DNA from: Deltaproteobacteria bacterium
GTDB lineage: Bacteria > Myxococcota > Kuafuiibacteriia > Kuafuiibacteriales > Kuafuiibacteriaceae
NCBI GenBank assembly: GCA_040218735.1
Contig: JAVJQW010000057.1
Location: 160,001 to 224,000, forward strand
Direction: 5' to 3'
Length of the DNA stretch: 64,000 bases
Of the stretch, positions 29,155 through 40,891 are shown piece by piece (the stretch's first letter is position 1; the number at the start of each line of letters is the position of its first letter). Below the pieces are notes generated by a model. It had not been told where the DNA came from. It searched no databases and saw only the letters and a program-made list of their open reading frames with translations. A program made the position numbers and the translations under genes.

Positions 29155-30195
29155 GTGGTTCGAACGGTACGTCGTTTGTTGGTCGGCGCGATCGCGTTCC
29201 TGCTGATCCTCGTGCTCGCGATCCTGTGGATGGCGGGCGGGGTCCAGTCGCCGGCGACGACGAACCAGCGCGTTGTCGTCCTCGACGACGCGGCCACCAG
29301 CACTTCGACCGACACCCTCGACGTCGTGGTGTGGAACATCGCGTGGGGGTACGGCTGGGGAAGCGAAGGCACCGGGCACCGAAAACCTCGGCGTCACTTC
29401 GAGCGCTCCATCCAACGCATGGGCGAAGTGCTGCGCGACGCGGGCGCGGACCTCGTGTTGCTGCAGGAGGTCGACTTCGACACGTCGCGCAGCTACGGCG
29501 TGGACCAGGCGAAACGCATCGCCAAGATCGCCGGGCTGAAGTACGTCGCGTACGCGGAGAGCTGGACGGCGAACTGGGTGCCGTTCCCGTACTGGCCCGT
29601 GGAGGATCACTTCGGCCGGATGCACTCGGGCGGAGCGATCCTGTCGCGCTTCCCGATCGAACGGAACGAAGTCGAGCTCCTCCCCAAGCCGGCAGAGAAC
29701 GCCTTCCACTACAACCTGTTCTACCTGTTCCGGTATCTGCAGGCGGCGGACGTCGCGGTCGGCGACCGCGCGGTGCGCGTCTACAACACCCACCTGGAGG
29801 CGTTCTCGCGACCGAACCGCGAGCAGCAGGCGGCGACGATCGCGACGAAGGTCGCGATGTACGAAGGGTCGACGATCTTCGGCGGTGACTTGAACTCGGT
29901 GCCGCCGGAGTCCGACGTGCGCGGCCACTACCCGGACGAGCCGCACACCGACCACGACGGCGATCCCACGGTCGCGACGATGCGCGCGATCGACGGGCTG
30001 GCCGACACCATCCCCGCCACGAAGTTCTCGGCCGACCCGGCGGCGTACTTCACGTTCCCGGCGCACGAGCCCAACCGAATGCTCGATCACCTGTTCGTTT
30101 CGAAGGACTGGACGGTCGAGGCGAGCGGGGTCCTGAGGGCGGCCGGCGACGTGAGCGACCACCTCCCGATCTACGCGAAGCTACGGCGCCGCTGA
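29155..30195 (+). CDS. Endonuclease/exonuclease/phosphatase family protein, membrane-anchored
   Basis: N-terminal TM; WNI, LQEVD, NTHLEAF, GDLNS, LDHLF, SDHLP. Start approximate (GTG 29155). Confidence 0.88.
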   Translation: MVRTVRRLLVGAIAFLLILVLAILWMAGGVQSPATTNQRVVVLDDAATSTSTDTLDVVVWNIAWGYGWGSEGTGHRKPRRHFERSIQRMGEVLRDAGADLVLLQEVDFDTSRSYGVDQAKRIAKIAGLKYVAYAESWTANWVPFPYWPVEDHFGRMHSGGAILSRFPIERNEVELLPKPAENAFHYNLFYLFRYLQAADVAVGDRAVRVYNTHLEAFSRPNREQQAATIATKVAMYEGSTIFGGDLNSVPPESDVRGHYPDEPHTDHDGDPTVATMRAIDGLADTIPATKFSADPAAYFTFPAHEPNRMLDHLFVSKDWTVEASGVLRAAGDVSDHLPIYAKLRRR

Positions 30196-30765
30196 GGGCT
30201 CGGGCGGCCAGATTGCGTCGAGGTCGAGGTCGGCCTCGGCGAACGGGTCGAGGTGCACGACCTCGCGCCCGTCGGCGCTCGCCTTGCGGATCCAGCCCTC
30301 TTGGCCCCAGCGGAAGATTTCGATCGTCTCGGCGTGCGGGTCGACGATCCACGCCCACTCGACCTCGGCGCGGTAGTACACGTCGAGCTTGAGGACGCGG
30401 TCCTTGCGCGCCGTGGACGGAGAGAGGACCTCGCACACCCAGTCAGGGCGCTCTTGGTAGTAGGCGACGTCGTAGTCGAACGTCGGGGTGGAGGCGCGCC
30501 GCCAGCCGGCGAGATCGGGGACGAGGACGTCGCGGCCGAAGTGGATCTCGGGCTCCGCGAGGATCCACCAACCTCCGGGACCTCCCAGACCACGATCGAA
30601 GAGGCGGCCCAGCTCGACCGAGAGCGTGGTGGCCACGCGTGTATGCCGCTTCGCCGGCTGGGGCTGCAGGAACAGCTCCCCGCCGATCAGCTCCGCGACC
30701 ATGTTCTCCGGCGCCGCGAGGACGTCCTCGTACGTCGCGGACTTGTCGCGAGCCGAGCGAACCAT
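30181..30765 (-). CDS. Uma2 family (PD-(D/E)xK) endonuclease-like protein
   Basis: ATYED, AELIGGEL, GPGGWWILAEPE, VPDLAGWR, PDWVCEVLSPST...DR..K...Y. Start set to ATG 30765. Confidence 0.92.
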   Translation of the reverse strand: MVRSARDKSATYEDVLAAPENMVAELIGGELFLQPQPAKRHTRVATTLSVELGRLFDRGLGGPGGWWILAEPEIHFGRDVLVPDLAGWRRASTPTFDYDVAYYQERPDWVCEVLSPSTARKDRVLKLDVYYRAEVEWAWIVDPHAETIEIFRWGQEGWIRKASADGREVVHLDPFAEADLDLDAIWPPEPSAAP

Positions 30766-30800
30766 GCTCGACGAGTATAGGGGGCCTTCGCGCCCCGCGG

Positions 30801-32663
30801 CTACTGAATCGTCAGCGACCACCCCTCGAGCGTCCCGACGTCCGCGCGCGCGGTGTCGACGATCTCGAGGCGCCAGGTCCCGTTCGCAACCTCGCCGTTG
30901 AAGGCGTTCACGACGAGGTCCTGCACGATGACGTCGTCGGCGCTGCCGCCGGCGCGGTCGTGCACCGCGTGGCGCGTGCCCTCGGGCGACACGAGCGTGA
31001 CCACGAGGTCGCCGCGGTAGGTGTGCGTGATCGCGACCGACACCGAGACCGACGACACCGTGCCGCTGCGCTGCAGCGGGATGACGCTGGAGGCGCCGCG
31101 GGTGTCGTTGTCCGGGATCGCGAGGGGGGTGTCGGCCGAAGCGACGGTGGCCGCCTGCGGGTTGCCGGCGTTTGCGATGCACTGCTGCAGCTCGGGCGTC
31201 TGCGTGAAGCCGCAGTGTCCGCCGCGCTGCGGCTCGCAAAGCGCCTGCGCGTAACACGCGTACTCGGGGCGCTGGTCGCAGATGGTCGCGACGCCCGCGC
31301 TGTTCGAGCAGACCTGCCCGGCGCAGCCGCGACGCTGGCAGTCCGCCGCGCGGTACGAATCGACGGTGATGTAACGCGCGCCGTACTGGTCGACGTTGAA
31401 GCGGCCCTCGAAGAGGAACGGGCCGTTGTTCTGCGGCTGAAACGCGCGGCAGGTCGACTGCCACGAGCACTCGTCGCCGGAGCAACCGTAGCCCTGCCCG
31501 CTCGCGTCGCGGATCTCGATGTTCTGGCCGAGCACCAGGCTCGCGCTACACGTGTTGCAGCACGGGTTCGACGCCGGACAGCCGCGGCGCGTGCAGCGGG
31601 CGGTGCCGCTGGGCTCGCCGGTCACGCGGATCATCTGGCCGTTGAAGCTGTTTGCGTTCGCGCCGAGCTCGGCGAGGGTGACGTCCTGGTAGGTGGTCAC
31701 GCCGCCCGCTGCTTCGCAGATCGCGAGGCACGGTGCGCGGATGCACTGCACCTGCGTGCACACGCGGCCGGCGCCGCAGTCCGCGTCGACGCTGCAGCCC
31801 GCGGTGACTTCGTAGCCGTCGATCGCGAAGCCCCAGCGCGTGACGGAGTAGTCGGTCGCGAGCTGGATGCGCGCGGTGTCGCCGGGGATGTCGGGCGTGG
31901 TCACGTTGGTGTCGACGCCGGTGTACGTGGCGATGACGCGATCGTTGGCGTCGAGCACGCGGACGAAGTCGTAGCCGCGCTCGACGTCGATCGTCGCGAA
32001 GTGCACGCGGATGTTGCTCGCGCCCGCCTCGCGGATCTCCCAGGTGTAGTCGTAGTCGTTGGTGTACGGGTGGTCCGACTCCAGCGCGAGGGGGACGCGC
32101 ATCCAGCCGCTCTGACGGCACTCGCCGCTGTGCGCGACGGCGACGCCCGCGCACTGCGCGAAGCAGCTGTTGTCGTACGTGGTGTCGTCCGCGCCGCAGA
32201 CCGGCTGGTACTGCTCGGTGCAGGTGCACGGCTCGAGCTCGAAGACGCGCAGCCGGATGCCCCAGTCCGTGACGGAGTAGTCGGTGGTCAGCGTGATGGT
32301 AACGTTGTTGCCGGCGACGAGGACCTGCTGGCCCGAGAGGTCACCGGTGTGGCGCGTGGGGTCCCCGGCGCCGCGGATCTCGACGAAGTCGTAGCCGGCT
32401 TCGAGTTCGAAGCGGTCGAAGTCGACGCGCATCTCGGTGGTGTCCGCCGCGCCGCGCACGACGAGCTGTTGGCGCAGGTCGTTCGTGTAGGGGTGCGCGC
32501 TCTCGACGATCTGCACGAGGTTCCACGTGCCCCCCGCGGCGGTCTCGAACGCGTCGATGGAAGTCCCTACGTTGGTGGCGAGATCGGCCTTCCCCTTGCC
32601 GTCGTCCGCGCAGCTGGCGACGGCCAGCGCGATCCCGAGTGTCACGAGTCGTTTGTTTGTCAT
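30801..32663 (-). CDS. Multidomain lipoprotein: two CUB-like domains, Kazal, Cys-rich modules, proprotein-convertase P domain
   Basis: Lipobox AVASC. Two ES.HPYTN..E.GYDFV..TDYSVT.WG units; CTEQYQPVCGADDTTYDNSC (Kazal); IPDN..ITHTYRGDL..L.SP.G..GTWRL...D....D.G.L.GWSL (P domain). Confidence 0.85.
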   Translation of the reverse strand: MTNKRLVTLGIALAVASCADDGKGKADLATNVGTSIDAFETAAGGTWNLVQIVESAHPYTNDLRQQLVVRGAADTTEMRVDFDRFELEAGYDFVEIRGAGDPTRHTGDLSGQQVLVAGNNVTITLTTDYSVTDWGIRLRVFELEPCTCTEQYQPVCGADDTTYDNSCFAQCAGVAVAHSGECRQSGWMRVPLALESDHPYTNDYDYTWEIREAGASNIRVHFATIDVERGYDFVRVLDANDRVIATYTGVDTNVTTPDIPGDTARIQLATDYSVTRWGFAIDGYEVTAGCSVDADCGAGRVCTQVQCIRAPCLAICEAAGGVTTYQDVTLAELGANANSFNGQMIRVTGEPSGTARCTRRGCPASNPCCNTCSASLVLGQNIEIRDASGQGYGCSGDECSWQSTCRAFQPQNNGPFLFEGRFNVDQYGARYITVDSYRAADCQRRGCAGQVCSNSAGVATICDQRPEYACYAQALCEPQRGGHCGFTQTPELQQCIANAGNPQAATVASADTPLAIPDNDTRGASSVIPLQRSGTVSSVSVSVAITHTYRGDLVVTLVSPEGTRHAVHDRAGGSADDVIVQDLVVNAFNGEVANGTWRLEIVDTARADVGTLEGWSLTIQ

Positions 32664-32846
32664 CCTGCGGTTCCCCCTGTCTCGAAAGCGCGGCGTTGAA
32701 ACCACGTTCGGGGGGTCATGTCATGGGCTTTCTTACCGGAAACGACCTATGAAATGGCGCACTTACACACCAAATGTCGTCTACAATCCCACCTCGACGC
32801 CCTCGGTGCAGCGCGGCGACGTGACGTCGTGTTAAGCACCGTCGCC

Positions 32847-35717
<2,871 letters not shown>

Positions 35718-35728
35718 GCGTAGCGGCC

Positions 35729-35750
35729 GCGTGACGCCCTTGTGACAACC
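35729..35750 (-). promoter_or_regulatory. Candidate Pho-box-like direct repeat (GTCAC at 11-bp period) upstream of the phosphate transporter
   Basis: GTGAC at 35731 and 35742 on + (ttGTCACaagggcGTCACgc on -), about 50 bp upstream of the Pit gene. Confidence 0.35.
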
Positions 35751-35799
35751 GCACGCGAGGCGGGGACGCGGCCCGCGTCCGTCACCAAGATGAGCTCAG

Positions 35800-37179
35800 A
35801 TGTTGGAGCTCCTCGGTGAACACGGGCTGACTACTCCCCACCTCGTCCTCCTGGTCGTCGCGCTGCTCGCAGCGTGCGGCTTCGAATTCATCAACGGCTT
35901 TCACGACACGGCGAACGCCGTCGCGACGGTCATCTACACCAAGACCCTGAAACCGCAGGTCGCGGTGCTCTACTCCGGCCTGCTCAACTTCTGCGGCGTC
36001 TTCCTCGGCGGCATCGCGGTCGCGCTCGCCATCATCAAGTTGCTCCCGGTGGAGCTGCTCGTCGACGGCGGCACGGGACGCGGGATGGCGATGGTCTTCG
36101 CCCTCCTCGTCTCCGCGATGCTCTGGAACTTCGGGACCTGGTACCTCGGGCTCCCGGCGTCCAGCTCGCACACGCTGATCGGATCGATCCTTGGCGTCGG
36201 GCTCGCGAGCTCACTCCTCGCCGGCCACTTCGGCGAAGGCGTGAACTGGGGCAAGGCCATGGACGTCGGGTTGTCGCTGTTGGTCTCGCCGCTCGTCGGG
36301 TTCGGCTTGGCGGCGCTGGTGCTGAAGATCATGCGCGCGGTCGTGAAGGACCGCCGTGTGTTCCTCCCGCCGGACGACACCGAGAAGACTCCGCCTCGCT
36401 GGGTGCGGGCGGTCCTCATCCTCACCTGCGGCGGGGTCAGCTTCGCGCACGGTAGCAACGACGGACAGAAGGGCGTCGGGCTCATCATGCTCATCCTCGT
36501 CGGCTTGCTCCCCGCGCAGTTCGCGCTGCACGCCGCCGCGACCCCCGAACAGATGAAGGCGGCGCACGTCGCCGCGCAGCACGCGAGGGCGACCTTCGAG
36601 GCGCGCTGCCCCGCCGACCCGCACGCCTGCGCCGCGGTCGAAGCCCTCACCAAGGCGGAGGGCGCGCTCGCGAACGAGACCTCCGTCGCTGCGCTCTCGG
36701 AAGACGAGCGCTGGCAAGTGCGGCAAGCGGTCTTGCTCGCCGACGACGCCGCGAAGAACCTCGACGACACGGAAGCGTTCGCCGCGGACCGCGCCGCGCT
36801 CGGCGGCCTCACCGACTACGCGCCGTGGTGGGTGCTCTTGATGGTCGCGCTCTCCTTGGGCATCGGGACCACGGTCGGCTGGAAGCGCATCGTGGTCACC
36901 GTCGGCGAGAAGATCGGCAAGTCACACCTCACCTACGCGCAGGGCGCGTCCGCCGAGTTGGTCGCGATGAGCACCATCGGCTTCTCTAGCTTCCTCGGCC
37001 TGCCGGTGAGCACGACCCACGTCCTCAGCTCCGGCATCGCCGGCACGATGGCGACGGAGGGGAGCGGCATCCAGGCGGGCACGGTGAAGAAGATCGCCCT
37101 CGCCTGGATCCTCACGCTCCCGGCCTCGATGCTGTTGGCCGGCGTGCTGTTCGTGGTGTTCGAGAAGCTGGCGAGCTGA
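35800..37179 (+). CDS. PiT family inorganic phosphate transporter
   Basis: NGFHDTANAVAT, GLPASSSH, FAHGSNDGQK, GLPVSTTHV. Confidence 0.95.
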   Translation: MLELLGEHGLTTPHLVLLVVALLAACGFEFINGFHDTANAVATVIYTKTLKPQVAVLYSGLLNFCGVFLGGIAVALAIIKLLPVELLVDGGTGRGMAMVFALLVSAMLWNFGTWYLGLPASSSHTLIGSILGVGLASSLLAGHFGEGVNWGKAMDVGLSLLVSPLVGFGLAALVLKIMRAVVKDRRVFLPPDDTEKTPPRWVRAVLILTCGGVSFAHGSNDGQKGVGLIMLILVGLLPAQFALHAAATPEQMKAAHVAAQHARATFEARCPADPHACAAVEALTKAEGALANETSVAALSEDERWQVRQAVLLADDAAKNLDDTEAFAADRAALGGLTDYAPWWVLLMVALSLGIGTTVGWKRIVVTVGEKIGKSHLTYAQGASAELVAMSTIGFSSFLGLPVSTTHVLSSGIAGTMATEGSGIQAGTVKKIALAWILTLPASMLLAGVLFVVFEKLAS

Positions 37180-37202
37180 CGCTCAGTCCGTGACGTCGGG
37201 CT

Positions 37203-37847
37203 TCAGCCGCCGTTGCCGGAGCCGTGGTCGGTGTCCATCTCGGCCACCACCGTGCGGGCGCGAGCGCGGGCCTCGGGGACGAGGGTCGACTCGTCGTTGT
37301 CGACCACCTCGACGGTCGGCGGATCCTTCCGGAGCTTGTCGAGCGACTCGGCGTCGAGCGGCTCCGTCGCGTAGTTCGGCGGGAGGGTGCGTGCGAAGGC
37401 GCGACGAACCTCGGCTTCCTCGGGCGTCGCCGAGGTCTCGTAGATGTGCTCCTCGACGTGGACCGGGACCGCCACCGGCTTGAGCGCGGGGTTGGTCGGG
37501 TCCTCGGAGTCCTCGCCGACCGCGGTGTTGTCCTCCCACTGCGGAGGCGGCTCGGGCGGCGGGGCGTCGGCGCCCATGACGACCTCGGCGTCCTCCATCA
37601 GGTCCTCGATGACGTTCGTCGCCTCGGGCGAGGCGTTGAAGACCACGACCGCACCGGCCGGGTTTCGGCAGACGAAGGCGACCTCGCCGTGGACGCTGAC
37701 GTCGTTGAACTTCAGAGTGACGGCCTCGCGGAACTCGAGGCCGCTCGCGGCGCGCACGAAGGCGAAGTGCGGCCCCAAGTTCGTGAGATCCGCGTCGAAC
37801 TCCGCGCCGTGCTCGGCGATGACGTGTGCAGTGATCTTCGTCGGCAT
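37203..37847 (-). CDS. Hypothetical protein: degenerate PilZ-like N-terminal domain plus acidic disordered tail
   Basis: Beta pattern LTNLGPHFAFV...VTLKF...HGEVAFV...GAVVVF; no RxxxR motif; D/E/P-rich tail. Confidence 0.6.
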   Translation of the reverse strand: MPTKITAHVIAEHGAEFDADLTNLGPHFAFVRAASGLEFREAVTLKFNDVSVHGEVAFVCRNPAGAVVVFNASPEATNVIEDLMEDAEVVMGADAPPPEPPPQWEDNTAVGEDSEDPTNPALKPVAVPVHVEEHIYETSATPEEAEVRRAFARTLPPNYATEPLDAESLDKLRKDPPTVEVVDNDESTLVPEARARARTVVAEMDTDHGSGNGG

Positions 37848-37939
37848 GCGGCCGCGCCATGGTGCCCCGTCCCGCGGCCTACGACAACAACAACGTCGGC
37901 CGGTTGGTCCCGACGCGCGGCTTTGTCATGATTCGGGAC

Positions 37940-38506
37940 GTGCGCGTCGGAGCGATGCGAGCCTGGCTACGCGGGGCGGTGAACACCACCGTCGGGCGCG
38001 CCCGCTCGATCGGGCACGCGATATCGCGCCGCATCAAAGACGCGACCGGCGCGATCAGCGCCGGCGTCGGCGTCGGCGACGACGAATCCAACTTCGGCGG
38101 CGGCCGGTCCGTGGTGTGGCTGGAGTTCGTCGAGGAGTACAAGAACAAGCTCCTCGCCTTCATGGAGAAGAGCGTGTTCGAACGCTTCCCGGGCGTGGAG
38201 AAGTTCATGCGGCGCGTGCTGGGCGCGCCGAAGCGACCGCCCCCCGCCCTGCCGACCCCGGAGCGTCCGAAGGTCCCGGTGAAGCTCGGCGTTCACACGC
38301 CGCCGACCAACGAAGAGGCCGAGCGCTTCCGCCAGCAGATCCACATGGGGATGATGAAGGCACACCAGGAAGAACACGCGGGGCTGCGCGACCACGTGGA
38401 TCGACACCGCGCCCGCGGGCGGGTGGAGCCGACGGACCCCGACGAGGAACGCGACCCGCACGAACCCGACGAGGAAGAAGACGCCAACGCGTACGACCAA
38501 CCTTGA
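37940..38506 (+). CDS. Hypothetical protein with acidic C-terminus
   Basis: Protein-like ORF. Start is uncertain (37859, 37928, 37940 or 37955); 37859 is too close to the divergent gene. Confidence 0.55.
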   Translation: MRVGAMRAWLRGAVNTTVGRARSIGHAISRRIKDATGAISAGVGVGDDESNFGGGRSVVWLEFVEEYKNKLLAFMEKSVFERFPGVEKFMRRVLGAPKRPPPALPTPERPKVPVKLGVHTPPTNEEAERFRQQIHMGMMKAHQEEHAGLRDHVDRHRARGRVEPTDPDEERDPHEPDEEEDANAYDQP

Positions 38507-38545
38507 TGCGGCCGACCCGTGACGTCCGAGCCGTGACGCAGCGGG

Positions 38546-39019
38546 TCACCCGTACTTCAAGCCGGTGAGCACGAGCTCGATCTCCCCGGCCGGGCGCACG
38601 ACGACCACGTCGTCGCCGACGCGGTGCCCGAGGAGCGCCTTGCCCATCGGCGACTTCATCGAGATGCGTCCGCGTTTCGCGTCGACCTCGTCCTCGCCGA
38701 CGATCGTGTAGCAACGTGTCTTGCCGTCCTCGTCCTCGAGATCCACGGTCGCCCCGAACTGTACGAAGTCGGCGGCGTTGTCCTTCGGGTCGACGACCTT
38801 CACCTGCTTGGTGACCTTCGTCAGGTAGCGCATCCGACGGTCGATCTCGCGGAGCTTCTTCTTCCCGTAGATGTACTCGGCGTTCTCGGAGCGGTCGCCC
38901 TGCGCGGCGGCGTCGGCGACCTCCTGCACGATGCGCGGACGATCCTCGTGCCACAGGCGCCGCATCTCGTCCTGGATGCGCTCGTAACCCTCGGGCGTAA
39001 TCGGTCGTTTCTCGGCCAT
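38546..39019 (-). CDS. greB: Transcription elongation factor GreB
   Basis: ITPEGY, AAAQGDRSENAEYIYGKKKLREIDRR.RYL, FGATV, IVG.DE, IS..SP.G.ALLG. Start set to ATG 39019. Confidence 0.95.
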   Translation of the reverse strand: MAEKRPITPEGYERIQDEMRRLWHEDRPRIVQEVADAAAQGDRSENAEYIYGKKKLREIDRRMRYLTKVTKQVKVVDPKDNAADFVQFGATVDLEDEDGKTRCYTIVGEDEVDAKRGRISMKSPMGKALLGHRVGDDVVVVRPAGEIELVLTGLKYG

Positions 39020-39157
39020 GTCGGGGGCGCGTCCCTCGCACGGCGCGCCGCACCAGGGCAATCCAGGAGCACCAAGTGCCGCGAGATACGACGTTTTTCG
39101 GGTTCCACGGTCCTGACGCATTCCATTGGGCCCGATTTGGACTAGGTTTCGGGCCTC

Positions 39158-40888
39158 GTGAGACCGGACGGACGAGCACTGGACATCGTGGCGGTTGGCT
39201 TGGGGCAAGCCGGCGGCAACCTCGCGGCGGAGTTCTTCCGCCGCGGCTATCGCGCGCTCGCGCTGAACACCGCCGAGACGGATCTGCAGGCGCTCGATCC
39301 GGGCGGCGCGTTCCCCGCGATGCCGGCGGAGCGACGACTCTACGTCGGCCTCGACGGCTACGACGGCGCCGGCGCCGACCCGGCCTACGGTCGCGACTGC
39401 GTGCGCGAGCACGCGGATCGGATCCGCGCCGCGGTCCTCAAACAAGCGCACGACGCCGACGCCGTGATCCTCACCGCCGGCCTCGGCGGCGGTACCGGCT
39501 CTGCGATTCCGGAGCTGGTCGACGTGCTCGCGGAGGAGGAGCTCCCGCTGATGGCGCTCATGACGCTCCCCACCGAGAGCGAGAGTGGCCTGGCGAAGGT
39601 CAACGCGGTGCGAGCGATCAACGACATCGTCGACGCGCCGCTGCTCGGCTGGATCTTCGCCGACAACGCGCGCATCTCGAAGCTGAACCGCGACATCGCG
39701 ATCGCCGACTACTTCGCGCACGTGAACTCGCAGATCATCGCGCCGATCGACGAGTTCAACCGGCTGAACGCACGCGATTCCATTCGAGCGATTCGCTCGT
39801 TCGACGGCGAGGACTTCCGCAAGCTCCTCCTGTCGGGCGGCGTCCTGAACTACGCGTTCTCGGACATCCCGCGGATCACGACCGAGGAGATCGCCGGCAC
39901 GGTACGCGACTGCATCGAGGCGAGTGACATCATGCCCGGCGGGTTCGAGATGGCGCGGGTGTCGTTCATCGGGCTGGTGATCGAAGCGTCCGAGGCGGCG
40001 CTCGCGGAGGCCTCGATCCAGGTCTTCGAGGACATCCACGAGACCATCAAACAGGAGACGGAGGGCGCCGCGGTCTACCAGGGCATCTACAAGGTCCCGG
40101 ACGACCGGCCGATCACGATCCGGCTGATCGCGGCGACGCAGTCCTTGCCGCACCGCATCCGGCAGATCCTCGCCGACGCGAAGCGCGAGGGCGGCGTCAT
40201 CACCGACAAACTCCGCGAGGAGCTCCCGACCCTGGAGCTCGGCGAGCTGGAGGGGATCGATCTCTTCAAACGATCGTCCCGCCCGAGCCAGAAGCCGCGC
40301 CGCAACCGCGCGCAGCTCGGCGCGGCGAAGGGGCTCCGCGGGCACGCGGGTGGTGGTCCCGAGGAGGTCGCCTCCGAGGTCGGCGCGAACAGCCCGCTGC
40401 GTTCACGTCGCGTCAACCGGCGCGGCGGTCGCCCCGCCCCGGCGCGTGCGCCGAGCGCGGCCGAGCCGCCGCGTCCCGAGAAGCGCCCGAACAAACCGCC
40501 GAAGGAGATCGGGACCGAGGAGATCGACGTCGTCGCGGCGCTCGCCGAGCTGAGCGACATGCCGGACGAAGCGGTCGAGTCGGAGCTGCAGGAGACGGTG
40601 GCGGCGGCGGAGCTGGAGATGCCGGTCAACGGCCAGGAGCTCCCGAGCCCCGAGCAGTACGACGAGCTCGTCGCGCAGTACCTCAACGCCGAGAACGCGA
40701 AGGCGCGACAGACGGTCGTGCAGCGGCTGGAGTCCGACTCCGTCGCGGACGACACGATCGTCCGCTACTACGCGGTGGAGGCGATGTCGAAGCTGGGACG
40801 CAAGGTCTTCGGGAACGCGCTGCTCGCCGCGACCGAGGACGACGACGAAGCGGTCCGCAACCTCGCCGTCGAAGCGCTCAAGGGCTGA
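39158..40888 (+). CDS. Divergent tubulin/FtsZ-superfamily GTPase with charged linker and C-terminal HEAT-like repeats
   Basis: GLGQAGGN (T1), LNTAETDL, GAGADPAYG (T3), AGLGGGTGS (T4), LPTESE, ADN, SFDGEDF (T7-like). C-terminus D..VRYYAVEAMSKLG / D.DEAVRNLAVEAL. Confidence 0.85.
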   Translation: MRPDGRALDIVAVGLGQAGGNLAAEFFRRGYRALALNTAETDLQALDPGGAFPAMPAERRLYVGLDGYDGAGADPAYGRDCVREHADRIRAAVLKQAHDADAVILTAGLGGGTGSAIPELVDVLAEEELPLMALMTLPTESESGLAKVNAVRAINDIVDAPLLGWIFADNARISKLNRDIAIADYFAHVNSQIIAPIDEFNRLNARDSIRAIRSFDGEDFRKLLLSGGVLNYAFSDIPRITTEEIAGTVRDCIEASDIMPGGFEMARVSFIGLVIEASEAALAEASIQVFEDIHETIKQETEGAAVYQGIYKVPDDRPITIRLIAATQSLPHRIRQILADAKREGGVITDKLREELPTLELGELEGIDLFKRSSRPSQKPRRNRAQLGAAKGLRGHAGGGPEEVASEVGANSPLRSRRVNRRGGRPAPARAPSAAEPPRPEKRPNKPPKEIGTEEIDVVAALAELSDMPDEAVESELQETVAAAELEMPVNGQELPSPEQYDELVAQYLNAENAKARQTVVQRLESDSVADDTIVRYYAVEAMSKLGRKVFGNALLAATEDDDEAVRNLAVEALKG

Positions 40889-40891
40889 CGC

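Noticed and set aside
30181-30765. Uma2 nuclease as a defence or mobile-element marker
   Set aside because: It is a solo gene of a family often expanded in myxobacteria, with no methylase, integrase or terminal repeats nearby.
32664-32846. T-box or other leader RNA upstream of valS
   Set aside because: No T-box consensus or terminator/antiterminator is visible. The region looks like a divergent promoter (e.g. TACAAT near 32782).
37183-38545. Recurring CCGTGACGTC-like words between convergent genes (near 37188 and 38517)
   Set aside because: They are short, GC-rich and only two or three copies, which is not enough to call a REP-like element without a genome-wide count.
38546-40345. 599-aa extended GreB, and other long antisense or alternate-frame ORFs (e.g. 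2955-4901, 25395-27665, 46923-49751, 60138-62765)
   Set aside because: These are shadow ORFs caused by high GC and stop-codon scarcity opposite well-supported genes. They lack family motifs.
39158-40888. Annotation as canonical ftsZ or as a TubZRC partition system
   Set aside because: T1 loop is GQAGGN, the FtsZ C-terminal peptide is absent, and there are no dcw neighbours. No TubR-like gene, iteron array or plasmid/phage context is visible.
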